NCBI GenBank assembly: GCA_963790475.1
Contig: CAWBOS010000011.1
Coordinates: 244,602-308,601, forward strand
From: an uncultured delta proteobacterium
GTDB taxonomy: Bacteria; Desulfobacterota; RBG-13-43-22
Reading direction: 5' to 3'
Length of the DNA: 64,000 bases
A program made the translations under genes and the position numbers. The notes below the pieces were generated by a model. The model had not been told where the DNA came from. It saw only the letters and a program-made list of their open reading frames with translations, and did not search any database. Below, in pieces: positions 1-9,375 of the stretch (position 1 is its first letter; every line of letters starts with the position of its first letter).

Positions 1-293
1 AGCCTACAATCAGAGAGCTAAAAACCGTCTTCGCGAATTACGGGGATAAGATCGCCGTTTCCTGGTACGACATCGATACCGGAGAGGCACAACAATTCGC
101 CGCCAGGAAGGGCCTCCACGAACATATCCCCTTAAACATCTGGATAGACGGGTCCCAGACCATCAAACTGGCCCAGAGGACGGTAAGATTCTCCGGTTTC
201 CCTTCAGGCTCGGGGCCTAAACCTTTTCAGGGAGATTGGACCATGCAGGATCTGAGGGCCGCGATCGACCAGGCAATTTCAAGAAAGAGGTAA
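1..293 (+). CDS. 5'-truncated hypothetical protein, possibly thioredoxin-like fold
   Basis: Frame 3 is open from the window edge (PTIRELKTVFANYGDKIAVSWYDIDT...WTMQDLRAAIDQAISRKR) to TAA at 291-293, 3 bp before the next gene. Confidence 0.6.
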   Translation, partial: PTIRELKTVFANYGDKIAVSWYDIDTGEAQQFAARKGLHEHIPLNIWIDGSQTIKLAQRTVRFSGFPSGSGPKPFQGDWTMQDLRAAIDQAISRKR

Positions 294-296
294 CCC

Positions 297-1562
297 GTGT
301 TTAGGACGAAAATTGAACAGATAATAACAAGGATCACCGCACGCATCAGCATAGTTGTCTTCTTCGTGATGGCCTTCGAAATCATGATCATGATAAGCCC
401 CTTTGCCTTTTTCTTTTATTCTGTTTTCAATCCCATTTTCCACTTTCTTGACAGTTGGGCGGCCACAAGGTGGCTGACCACGTTCTTCCTGCCCCACATG
501 ATTTTGCCCCCGACTCTGTTCCTCAAGGCGGTGCGCGTTTTCGGCTCCATCTGCTTTGTAGCAGGCTCCCTGACCTTTGTCATCTGCGCCCTGCAGGTAT
601 ATCTGGGGAAAATCTTTAAATGGGGGATAGTTTCCAAGGGCCTTTATCGTTATATCCGTCATCCCCAGTATACCGCCCTGGGTGTATGGGGCATTGGGAT
701 GAGCATACTGTGGCCCCGATACATCGTCCTGGCCAGCTTGTCCGTCATGTTTATTCTTTACTATTTTTTGGCCAGGGACGAAGAGAAGAGAATGATAAAT
801 CAGTACGGCAGGTCCTATGAAGTCTATAAGGACCGGACGGGCATGTTTGCACCGAAAGGGATTGAGAGATATTTCCCGGTTTTCCCTGGAAATTCGTTGC
901 GGTACGCGGTTATTCCATTGTCGGTATTACTCGTGGTCATTGGATGTGGTTTCGTTCTTCGCGAGGTTACGCTGCACTCGCTTGCCTTCGAAGCCAGAGG
1001 CAATATTACCCTTGTCCCTGTTCTTCCCGAGGACAGAGCGCTGAGCGGCGCCATATTATCCGGCCTGCTGAGAAATAATCGGGTCACCGAAGCTGGCCTT
1101 GCGGCAGATAGAGACTACTTAGGATATGTCATGCCGGGGGATTACATCATGCAGGGTATGATTGCCGACACTGGGAGCGAATTCCATCTCTACAAGAAGC
1201 ATCACACCGTGGCCATGATTACCGAATGGGTACTCCATCCCTTCCAGCATTTGAGGAGCTCGCCTTCGCTCCACATGGCGCAGATGTTCCATGTTGATCC
1301 CGCCGTTGCCAGGAGGCACCACTGCCCGATCCCTGTCAAAGAGAATAATGGGGTCTGTGATACCTGTAGTTACCGAAGGGTGGCTTTGGTTGAAATCGAC
1401 CACCCTGGAGGACATATTTCCGGCTACCGGCTCCTGGGTGTGAATGCTACCAGGGTGCCGATAAGCTTCGTGGACATCAACGTGAAGACTGGCGAGATCG
1501 CCGAAATCGTGCGCGTCAAGAAGGCAACGGCCTGGGAAGAGGTGCCGACGCCGGCCATTTAA
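297..1562 (+). CDS. Isoprenylcysteine carboxyl methyltransferase/PEMT-family membrane protein with extended C-terminus
   Basis: Several TM helices, GLYRYIRHPQY motif and EE(K)..M...YG..Y..Y motif. Confidence 0.75.
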   Translation: MFRTKIEQIITRITARISIVVFFVMAFEIMIMISPFAFFFYSVFNPIFHFLDSWAATRWLTTFFLPHMILPPTLFLKAVRVFGSICFVAGSLTFVICALQVYLGKIFKWGIVSKGLYRYIRHPQYTALGVWGIGMSILWPRYIVLASLSVMFILYYFLARDEEKRMINQYGRSYEVYKDRTGMFAPKGIERYFPVFPGNSLRYAVIPLSVLLVVIGCGFVLREVTLHSLAFEARGNITLVPVLPEDRALSGAILSGLLRNNRVTEAGLAADRDYLGYVMPGDYIMQGMIADTGSEFHLYKKHHTVAMITEWVLHPFQHLRSSPSLHMAQMFHVDPAVARRHHCPIPVKENNGVCDTCSYRRVALVEIDHPGGHISGYRLLGVNATRVPISFVDINVKTGEIAEIVRVKKATAWEEVPTPAI

Positions 1563-1631
1563 TGCCTCCCTCCTCGAAAATTTGGCTTCGGCACAGGCAG
1601 GCTTAAAAGATAATTTGTCGTAAATTCAACA

Positions 1632-2783
1632 ATGATCTCTCCTTCCCTATCCACCCTTTTTCTGTCATTTCTTCGATTAGGCCTGACCGCTTTTGGCGGT
1701 CCGGCCATGATCGCCCACATTAAGGAGCTTTCGGTTAAAAAGAAAAAGTGGTTGAACGATGGAATTTTCAACCAGGGGATAGTCCTCTGTCAATCCATCC
1801 CCGGGGCCACGGCCATGCAAATGGCAGGCTTTGTGGGACTGAGGATAAAGGGGATCAGGGGAGCCCTGGCCTCTTATCTCGGTTTCGGACTGCCGGCCTT
1901 TGCCTTAATGCTGGCCTTTTCCATTTTATACGTCACTTATCATGATCTTCCCTTTGTCCACTCTTTTTTCTCTGGACTTCAGGTCATTGTGGTGGCCATT
2001 ATTGCCCAGGCCACCTATTCCTTCGGGAAAAGTATCTCCAATCGTTATCAAAATATTATAATTGCCATAGCCGCAGCCGGCTCCCTGGGGATCGGGATCA
2101 GCCCCTTTTTGGTCATACCAGGAGCCGGATTGGTCAGTATTTTTTTATATAGAAATACCAAGCACCCACCAGTGTCGGATCGAAAAGCGGAGCCCTGGAA
2201 GATCAAACCCATCATCTTCCTTTTATTAATCCCAATAGCCGGGTTGATAGCCCTTTATTTTTTGAACATCAAGTCGTTGGGTTTGTCCCTCCTGATGATG
2301 AAGATCGATCTATTCGCCTTCGGGGGCGGGTTCACTTCCCTGCCTTTGATGCTGCATGAGGTGGTGGAGGTGCGGGGTTGGATTGACGAAAAAACTTTTA
2401 TGAACGGTATTGCCCTGGGCCAGGTCACCCCCGGGCCGATTGTTATTACGGCTACATTTGTGGGCTACCTATTGTTTGGTTTATTGGGCTCTCTGGTCGC
2501 CACCATCTCCATATTTACCCCCTCCTTTTTAATAATGGTAATCATAAATCCAGTATTCGATCGATTAAAATCATCGCCCCTATTTTTGAAGGCCACTCAG
2601 GGCATCCTGGCCTCCTTTGTCGGACTGCTTTTTTATGTCCTTATTAAATTTGCCCTGGCCGTTCCTTGGGATATCCTTCGAATCCTCTTTTGCCTTGCCG
2701 CTTTGATAGCCCTGATTAAAAAAATAGATCTCCTCTATATCGTCCTAACCGGGGGTATCATTTCTATCTGGTTGTTTTCTTAA
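1632..2783 (+). CDS. chrA: Chromate efflux transporter (CHR family, long chain)
   Basis: Duplicated motifs LGLTAFGGP...CQSIPGAT and FAFGGG...GQVTPGP. Confidence 0.92.
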   Translation: MISPSLSTLFLSFLRLGLTAFGGPAMIAHIKELSVKKKKWLNDGIFNQGIVLCQSIPGATAMQMAGFVGLRIKGIRGALASYLGFGLPAFALMLAFSILYVTYHDLPFVHSFFSGLQVIVVAIIAQATYSFGKSISNRYQNIIIAIAAAGSLGIGISPFLVIPGAGLVSIFLYRNTKHPPVSDRKAEPWKIKPIIFLLLIPIAGLIALYFLNIKSLGLSLLMMKIDLFAFGGGFTSLPLMLHEVVEVRGWIDEKTFMNGIALGQVTPGPIVITATFVGYLLFGLLGSLVATISIFTPSFLIMVIINPVFDRLKSSPLFLKATQGILASFVGLLFYVLIKFALAVPWDILRILFCLAALIALIKKIDLLYIVLTGGIISIWLFS

Positions 2784-2802
2784 CGTATTTCCCTACACGA
2801 AG

Positions 2803-2985
2803 TTGCAATCGAATAGAAAAAAGGAAGTTCTTTTGACTTTGACCGCAAGTTTTTTCATTTTCGGAATAACCTTAATGGCTTCCGGGTTTTATTACCGGAC
2901 CCCCATCCCGATCCAGCCCATGAAAGCCATCGGAGCTGCGGCCATAGCCGGAGGCATCAGCCCGGGAGCCCATGAACCTTTTTAA
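2803..2985 (+). pseudogene. Fragment of a MOT1-type molybdate/sulfate transporter
   Basis: GFYYRTPIPIQPMKAIGAAAIA signature in a 60-aa ORF; the rest of the protein is absent. Confidence 0.6.
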
Positions 2986-3348
2986 GCAATATTATAGCCA
3001 GTAATGGTCAATTTTATGATATACCTTCTTGAAACATTTGTAGAGGGTTAATTGGGAGGAGAAGACAATTTTTCAAGTAATTTAAAGTACTTCTTCCTTG
3101 TAATCCTCAAACTTCCATTCTTGAAAAACACAAGAGTTCAAAACTAATCGTCGATAAGAGGGCCTTAATATTTGGTGAACTTAGAAACGGCAGCGGCATG
3201 GTGTAGCGGGTCATATTTTCTATGGCCTTTTTTTTTGAGATAGATTCTTGGACCATAGAAGACTTGAAAACCGGAGTGTTTCCAGTATTTCAGCAGATTT
3301 ATATAATGGGGTATGATTTTACCTTTTCTGAATTATACTATGCCAGTC

Positions 3349-3378
3349 TGCGGGACCCCTTTTTGATGGGGTCCCGCA
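3349..3378 (-). terminator. Hairpin terminator after the DUF35 gene
   Basis: Perfect 11-bp inverted repeat tgcgggacccc / ggggtcccgca just past the stop at 3386. Confidence 0.65.
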
Positions 3379-3385
3379 TTAACCA

Positions 3386-3976
3386 CTAAAAAGAAAATCC
3401 CTTCGGCAATTGGTTCTCTTTCGTACCGTCAGGTACCCAGGCCATGTCCAAAATGGTATAGGTCGGGTCCAGCTTCTGGAAGATAGGGACCACGCGCATG
3501 CCGATTTCCGGCTCGCCGACCGCCAGATAACTGAACAGAATCGTGACTACTCCGTCAAATTCGATATTGACGAATTTAATGGGTTTATCCAAAAAATTGA
3601 AGGCTCCCGACCGTTCGCATACCATGAAGGTGTGCACCTTAGCTGTTTTCTTGGCAAGATCGGTCATGTCGATGACCGTGTTTTTGCTAAGGCAATCCGG
3701 GCAATAGATTCTGAAGGGCTGGTAAATAGAGCCTGTGGTCTCGCATTTTGGGTTTTCACAGCGCGTACCCATCAGTTTTCCTTTGCTCAAATTCTCAAAA
3801 AAAGGAGCTTCACCACCGTAGGAATGGATGTGGGTCAACTGCCGGGGATTAGTGATCCCGATCAGCCGCCAGTCTTCTTCAGCGAGGCGGATGGGTTGAC
3901 CCAACTCAAGGTGGTGAAAATCACCTTTTATCTTATACTGTCCTTTTTTAACATATACTTGTCCTATCATGCTCAT
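3386..3976 (-). CDS. DUF35-type Zn-ribbon/OB-fold protein (thiolase partner)
   Basis: CENPKC...YCPDC Zn ribbon followed by an OB-fold-like region; directly downstream of the thiolase. Confidence 0.85.
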   Translation of the reverse strand: MSMIGQVYVKKGQYKIKGDFHHLELGQPIRLAEEDWRLIGITNPRQLTHIHSYGGEAPFFENLSKGKLMGTRCENPKCETTGSIYQPFRIYCPDCLSKNTVIDMTDLAKKTAKVHTFMVCERSGAFNFLDKPIKFVNIEFDGVVTILFSYLAVGEPEIGMRVVPIFQKLDPTYTILDMAWVPDGTKENQLPKGFSF

Positions 3977-3989
3977 AGTCGTTTCTCCT

Positions 3990-5426
3990 CTACGCGTCCT
4001 TTTTAATTAATTTATCGGGGTCCATCAATATCGTGCAGGTTACATGAGACCCAACACCGGCATGGCTGATGGCCAGTGCCCGCTTGGCGCCCTTGACCTG
4101 CAGGTCGGTCCAGTCCGCAGGTTTCTGACGATTAAACTCCTTCCATCTCTTCTCATCGCCGTGGATCTCCCCCCAACGGTTCCAGAGGTGGCAGGCGATC
4201 TCGAAGACTTGCATGATACCCGTCGCGCCGACTGCGTGCATGCAGCCGATGAGCCCGCCGGAAAGGTTGGATGGAAGCTTGCCCGGTTTTCCGGTTTTCG
4301 GGTTCGTGTGATAACAGTCGCCCGACTCGACGTAGTCCCGACCGTAGCCGTAGGGCCTGAGACCGATGTCCTCATAGGTCTGCATGTCGCTGATGGTGAA
4401 GGCGTCATGGAGCTCGATCACGTCCAGGTCTTCCGTCGGATCTTTAATGCCGACCTGATTATAGGCGTAATAGGCTGCCATACGGGCTGCGAGGAAACCG
4501 GTGAAACCGGGATAGCGCTCGCCGCCGGGAAACTTCTTGCCCAGATCCTTATATTGATCCGCCGTCTCGTTAGGCAGGAGGGGGATTTCCATGTCTCGCC
4601 GGTCTGCCGCCCGCAGGGTATGCGAGCCCGCGGTAACCCACATCCGCAGAGGCTTGTTGGGCGTATTCTTGGTCAGTTTCATCGCCGTTGCCTCATCGCA
4701 GATGATCGTACAGGCGACGCCGACACTCATGAGGCAGCAGTCCAGGGTACGCAGGGGGTAGGCCACAATCGGTGATTTCAACACGTCTTCCACGGTGATC
4801 TTCATCGGCGCCTGGGCGTAAGGGTTCATGCGCGCGTATCCGTGGTGCTTCACGGCAATCTCCGCCATGGTCCTCCGGAATGAGTCCTCTTCCTTACCGA
4901 AGACCTTCCAGTATTTCTGGGCCATGACCGCGTAATATCCGGCATAGATATGGCCCAGGGGCCCTTCCCAGTCCTTGTCAGCCGCACAGGAAATATAAAA
5001 GTTACCTTCATCGGTGGGGACCTCGTCCATCCGCTCCCAGCCCATGGCCAGGCAGCAATTGGAGTATCCGGAGGCGACCGCCTTCAAAGCTTCCCACATG
5101 GTCGTTCCGCCGGTGGCCCCGCCGGTCTTGACCCCGCAGTTGCCAAGCGGGTCGAGCCCAAGCCGGTCATGGATCAAGGCTTCGCCCAGGAGCTGATCAC
5201 CGAAGTGGTCGGCAAAGTGTCCGTAGTAGCAGGTGTGGATGTAGCTCTTCAACTCGGCGGGGGTCATGTTGATCAACTCCGCCGCCTGGGTCAGGGCGTC
5301 GATAGCGAGTTCCTCGGTCCGCTTGTCCGGAAAAGCCCGGTCGAATTTCGACTGGCCGGCGGTTACCAGGTAGACCGGCCTCATCAGTTTTGGAATTGCT
5401 AATTGTTTGTCGCTGAATTTAATCAT
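3990..5426 (-). CDS. Thiolase-family protein (SCP-x-like)
   Basis: IELHDAFT, NLSGGL..CMHAVGATG and LDCCLMS motifs. Confidence 0.9.
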   Translation of the reverse strand: MIKFSDKQLAIPKLMRPVYLVTAGQSKFDRAFPDKRTEELAIDALTQAAELINMTPAELKSYIHTCYYGHFADHFGDQLLGEALIHDRLGLDPLGNCGVKTGGATGGTTMWEALKAVASGYSNCCLAMGWERMDEVPTDEGNFYISCAADKDWEGPLGHIYAGYYAVMAQKYWKVFGKEEDSFRRTMAEIAVKHHGYARMNPYAQAPMKITVEDVLKSPIVAYPLRTLDCCLMSVGVACTIICDEATAMKLTKNTPNKPLRMWVTAGSHTLRAADRRDMEIPLLPNETADQYKDLGKKFPGGERYPGFTGFLAARMAAYYAYNQVGIKDPTEDLDVIELHDAFTISDMQTYEDIGLRPYGYGRDYVESGDCYHTNPKTGKPGKLPSNLSGGLIGCMHAVGATGIMQVFEIACHLWNRWGEIHGDEKRWKEFNRQKPADWTDLQVKGAKRALAISHAGVGSHVTCTILMDPDKLIKKDA

Positions 5427-5593
5427 AGATCAATTACCTCTTCTTTCTAGTTTCTACTTTTTATCGTTTTATTTGTCTCTTCTTGCCATTTTGCCTACTA
5501 CGGCCTTCCTTGCTCTTCTTCCATACCGCCGGCCACCATAAAAACCCTTCGATTCCATTTGGGAGCCCGCAAATTTCCTTTCTAAAAATGTTA

Positions 5594-6214
5594 TCATCCC
5601 TGATTCTCCTTTTCAATTTTTAGTTGACTAATATAAAATTTAAGTTGACTAATGGTTTGCTTCCATATGTCCGGATCTCTTCCAGCTGAATAGAGTGTAA
5701 CGGCCCCATTAATGGAAATCACGATGAAATCGGCGATTTCCTTAAAGTTAAGTCCTTTTTTCACCAGACCCTTTTTATCCGCCTCCTCCAGCCAGGAGTG
5801 AAACAACCGGGAAAAACGGATAAATCCCCGGAGGACCTTTTTACTCATGGGGGCTGATTGCCCCGAAAGCTCAACCAGCATATTAGCAAAAAAACACCCC
5901 CCCTCGAAAACATCGGCTCCCAGATAGTTTTTCAAGGCGTTTTCAATGGTTTTTTCTATGCGTTTAAGGGGATCGGCGGTCTTTCTGACATCCTTGAACA
6001 CAATGCCTCTCCAAATCATTACGGCCTCTTCATAAACGGCATTCCAGATGGCTTCCTTGCTCCGGAAATGACCGTAGAGTCCTCCCTTAGTTAGATGGGT
6101 GGCCTCCAAGATATTGCAAATGGAGGTATTGAAATATCCTTTAACGGAAAAGAGCTGCAGAGATTTATTTACAATCTGTTGGCGGGTTTGGATTCCTTTG
6201 GTTCCCATATTCAA
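5594..6214 (-). CDS. TetR/AcrR family transcriptional regulator
   Basis: N-terminal HTH (LFSVKGYFNTSI...LTKGGLYGHFRSKE). Confidence 0.92.
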   Translation of the reverse strand: MNMGTKGIQTRQQIVNKSLQLFSVKGYFNTSICNILEATHLTKGGLYGHFRSKEAIWNAVYEEAVMIWRGIVFKDVRKTADPLKRIEKTIENALKNYLGADVFEGGCFFANMLVELSGQSAPMSKKVLRGFIRFSRLFHSWLEEADKKGLVKKGLNFKEIADFIVISINGAVTLYSAGRDPDIWKQTISQLKFYISQLKIEKENQG

Positions 6215-6588
6215 TTGATCTCCTCAATAAAAAGCAGAACGGTTGGTATATTTTTGCATAGGAAGAAAATTTGTCAAGAAAAAATCGGCCTCAGGAATTT
6301 AATGAAAGTATAAATCGTAATTCGGAAGGATAACCAAATAAAATGGACCCGTCCAAGCCTACTCCCTGATAGACCAGGTTCATGAGTTGCTCATCCATAT
6401 GGTTAAACTTTCCCTAATTTCTATAGGAAGGATTAGGAGAATAATTTGACAGAAGGGGTTTTGTTATAAGATAATTGCTCAAGGGATCAATGGGGTAATC
6501 GCCGAGCAATGAGGCCGGTACAGGTGAAAGCGGTATCTGCTCAAGGCGAGAGGTTTATTAATCCACATCCAAAAGGAGGAGGAAACCC

Positions 6589-7809
6589 ATGAGAAGCAAA
6601 CGAATTATTAGTTTTTTGTGCCTTGTTTTAGGTCTTTTTTTGATTAACGGCCCGGCCTTTGGCAAAGGCCAATACGGCCCCGGGGCAAGCGACACCGAAA
6701 TCAAAATCGGTAACACGATGGCCTACAGCGGCCCGGCCTCGGCCTATGCAACCATCGCTAAAGCGGAAGGGGCTTATTTCAAAATGATTAACGACCAAGG
6801 CGGGATCAACGGGCGGAAAATCATTTTTCTCAGCTATGATGACGCCTACAGCCCTCCCAAATGTGTGGAACAGGTGCGCCGACTTGTGGAGCAGGATCAG
6901 GTCCTATTATTGTTTCAGGTTTTAGGCACCGCTAATAACAAGGCCATTTGGAATTATTGTAACATGAAAAAGGTGCCCCAACTATTTGTGGGTTCCGGGG
7001 CCACTATGTGGGCGGATCCCAAGGGGCACCCCTGGACCATAGGTTCACAGCCCGACTACCAGAGTGAAGGACTCATCTATGCCAAGTACATCCTTGAGCA
7101 TCTGCCCAAGGCCAAGATAGGAATTTTATATCAGAACGATGATTTCGGAAAGGACTTGAGGAAAGGCATATTGGACGGCCTGGGCAGCAAGGCGAAAAGT
7201 TTAATTGTTGCCGAACAGTCTTATGAAGTTTCTGATCCCACCGTGGATTCACAAATTGTCAATTTAAAAAACAGCGGGGCCAATGTCTTTCTCAATTTTA
7301 CCACCCCCAAGTTTGCCGCCATGGCCATCAAAAAGGCCTATGAAATCGGCTGGAAACAGGTCCAATTCATCGCGCGGGTATCCAACTCTGAGGGTTCGGT
7401 GCTGAAACCGGCCGGGCTTGAGGCCTCTGAAGGCGCCTTGTCCCTCTTCTATCTGAAAGACCCGGACGACCCCGAGTGGAAAAATGATCCGGCCATTAAA
7501 GAATGGCAGGCTTGGATGAAGAAATACTACCCCGAGGGAAACATTCACGATATTTTCAATGTTTTTGGTGTCACTCAAGCCCAGGCCATGGTCCAGGTCC
7601 TCAAACAGTGTGGCGATGACCTGACCAGAGAAAATGTCATGAGACAGGTGGCCAATCTCAAAAACCTGGCGTTGCCCCTGTTTCTGCCGGGGATAAAGAT
7701 CAATACCAGCCCGACGGACTTTACCGTTTTTAAGCAAATGCAGTTTGGTAAATTTAATGGGCAGCGGTGGGTATTATTCGGCAGAATACTTGAGACCTCA
7801 TCGAGATAG
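6589..7809 (+). CDS. ABC transporter substrate-binding protein, branched-chain amino acid family
   Basis: Signal peptide; EIKIGNTMAYSGPASAY, GGINGRKI and YDDAYSPPK motifs; AGGAGG RBS. Confidence 0.92.
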   Translation: MRSKRIISFLCLVLGLFLINGPAFGKGQYGPGASDTEIKIGNTMAYSGPASAYATIAKAEGAYFKMINDQGGINGRKIIFLSYDDAYSPPKCVEQVRRLVEQDQVLLLFQVLGTANNKAIWNYCNMKKVPQLFVGSGATMWADPKGHPWTIGSQPDYQSEGLIYAKYILEHLPKAKIGILYQNDDFGKDLRKGILDGLGSKAKSLIVAEQSYEVSDPTVDSQIVNLKNSGANVFLNFTTPKFAAMAIKKAYEIGWKQVQFIARVSNSEGSVLKPAGLEASEGALSLFYLKDPDDPEWKNDPAIKEWQAWMKKYYPEGNIHDIFNVFGVTQAQAMVQVLKQCGDDLTRENVMRQVANLKNLALPLFLPGIKINTSPTDFTVFKQMQFGKFNGQRWVLFGRILETSSR

Positions 7810-8143
7810 CTTAAAGGCGCGGGCCATTATTTGGCCCGCTATCATTTCTAAAGAATATGAGTGAAGGTGAATGAAATTCTGGATTCACAAAAAGATGAGG
7901 AAGAGAAAGAGGAAGGGAGACTTAAGCGGAAAAATTTTATAACAAGAAGTGTTAGAAACGACCAAAAATGTAACTTGTTTTCCTTCCCTTTTCCGGCTCA
8001 TGCGTTGGGGTAACAGGTTAACAGGTAATGAGTTATAACAAAATAGGTGAAGTCCTCTCCCATTTAGAATCTACCAGCTCTTCTCATACCTCCTGCAAAT
8101 AGAACCTATCCGGGCTAATCTTGTCCATCTTGCGGAGGTCAAA

Positions 8144-8370
8144 ATGAAAAGACCAATTCTCCTTTTTTATCTTTTTACGGTTCTTGTTTTATTGCTCATC
8201 CCTTCTTTGTATATTCCCTAAACCTGACCTTTAACAATACCCCCACCCAAGTCTATTTCAGCCCTAACGGGGGATGCACTGAGGTTGTTATTCGGGAGAT
8301 CGACCGAGCCAAGTCAGAAATCGTAGTCCAAGCCTACTCCTTCACCTCCCAGCCAATAGCCAAGGCCCTA
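8144..8370 (+). pseudogene. 5' fragment of a PLD-family (Nuc-like) endonuclease
   Basis: GGAGG RBS + ATG at 8144, then after a frame disruption QVYFSPNGGCTEVVIREIDRAKSEIVVQAYSFTSQPIAKAL; truncated before the HKD motif. Confidence 0.7.
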
Positions 8371-8378
8371 CGAGCGCC

Positions 8379-8725
8379 GACGACCGCCTGGCTGATGGCA
8401 TTATGCAGGTCCGCCGGGTCCTCGTCCAGGTCAGGCCCGGTTATGACGGGGTTTACGGGCAGGTAAAAATATTCAAAAATGATGTTCCCCCTCCCAAACC
8501 TTCCTGTTAACTAAATCTTTTTTAGCCGCATTACTTACCAGAGCCTTTCAAAATCCCTTCAATCCCCGGAGATCCTATCTTTCAATGGTCCTAGTTCCGC
8601 CCTCCCATGTTCTTTCCTGTGTAATAGTTTTCTCTTAACGATGAATGCTCAACGCCAAACCTTCTTCCTCTCTTTCCCCTCTTTTCTTTTTTAGTAAACT
8701 TTCTGGCCAACTGAAGGGTTTAGGT
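8379..8725 (+). repeat. Mosaic repeat copy: EndoQ-like C-terminal fragment (module B, 8379-8525) + non-coding module C
   Basis: DRLADGIMQVRR..VQVRPGYDGVYGQVKIF also at ~20601 and ~30660; module C also at ~22340, ~27662 and ~30810. Confidence 0.85.
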
Positions 8726-8859
8726 GAAAACTGAGCAGATATCCTTTTTTTGAATAAATAAGCATTCGGCCCTTTTAGCTGTTTTAACAAGTTTATTTTA
8801 TGCGTCAATTTGTAAGATCAAAATTCAAAAATAGACTTGAGCCTTTCACAGAAGTAAAA

Positions 8860-8945
8860 CCCAACCCCTTTATAGGAAACTTATCGCGCTTTTGTAAAAA
8901 GAAATACTCAATAAGAGAAAAGGGAGAGCCAATAAGAATAATTCA
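8860..8945 (+). promoter_or_regulatory. Conserved upstream block, candidate enhancer-binding-protein site
   Basis: cctttat(a/g)ggaaacttatcgcgctt..gt.aaaa.aaatac shared with 27851-27935; both lie ~165-175 bp upstream of a -24/-12 box. Confidence 0.6.
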
Positions 8946-9048
8946 AGGAGCAAAACCGGAAGGGAGATTGTCTAATCAACTACCTATCAGATGTATAACA
9001 TAATAAAATAATTGTATATATTTACAAATTATTTGGAAAACAACCGAA

Positions 9049-9064
9049 TGGCATAAAGATTGCT
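9049..9064 (+). promoter_or_regulatory. Sigma-54 -24/-12 promoter
   Basis: TGGCATA-AAGA-TTGCT matches TGGCAC-N5-TTGCW spacing; upstream of the RHS gene. Confidence 0.75.
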
Positions 9065-9375
9065 TTATCAACTAACTTGTTTGTTTGATATTTTTTAGGT
9101 CTTAAGCTTTCTTCCCTTTAAATACCCTTCACTCATATTTTGTGAAGTTAACATTTCTTTGCTTGTTGATATAGGTTTCCGGGCCTTATTGCCGATTGAA
9201 GTGATAGCTTAGCAAACATTTCTTTTTTTGAAAGAATAAGTATTAAATTTTTGTTGTTTTGATTAGTAAGTTTTCCCAGGGCTGGAGCAAAAGCAGGAAA
9301 ATTCTATTAATCCTGATGGACAGATTTTTCTTCAGTTCAAGCAATTTAAATTTATTTTTTTTAAAGCGAGGTCCT

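Noticed and set aside
3410-5402. Long antisense ORFs opposite the thiolase/DUF35 genes (and similar ones elsewhere in the track)
   Set aside because: They are shadows of well-supported genes and carry no motifs.
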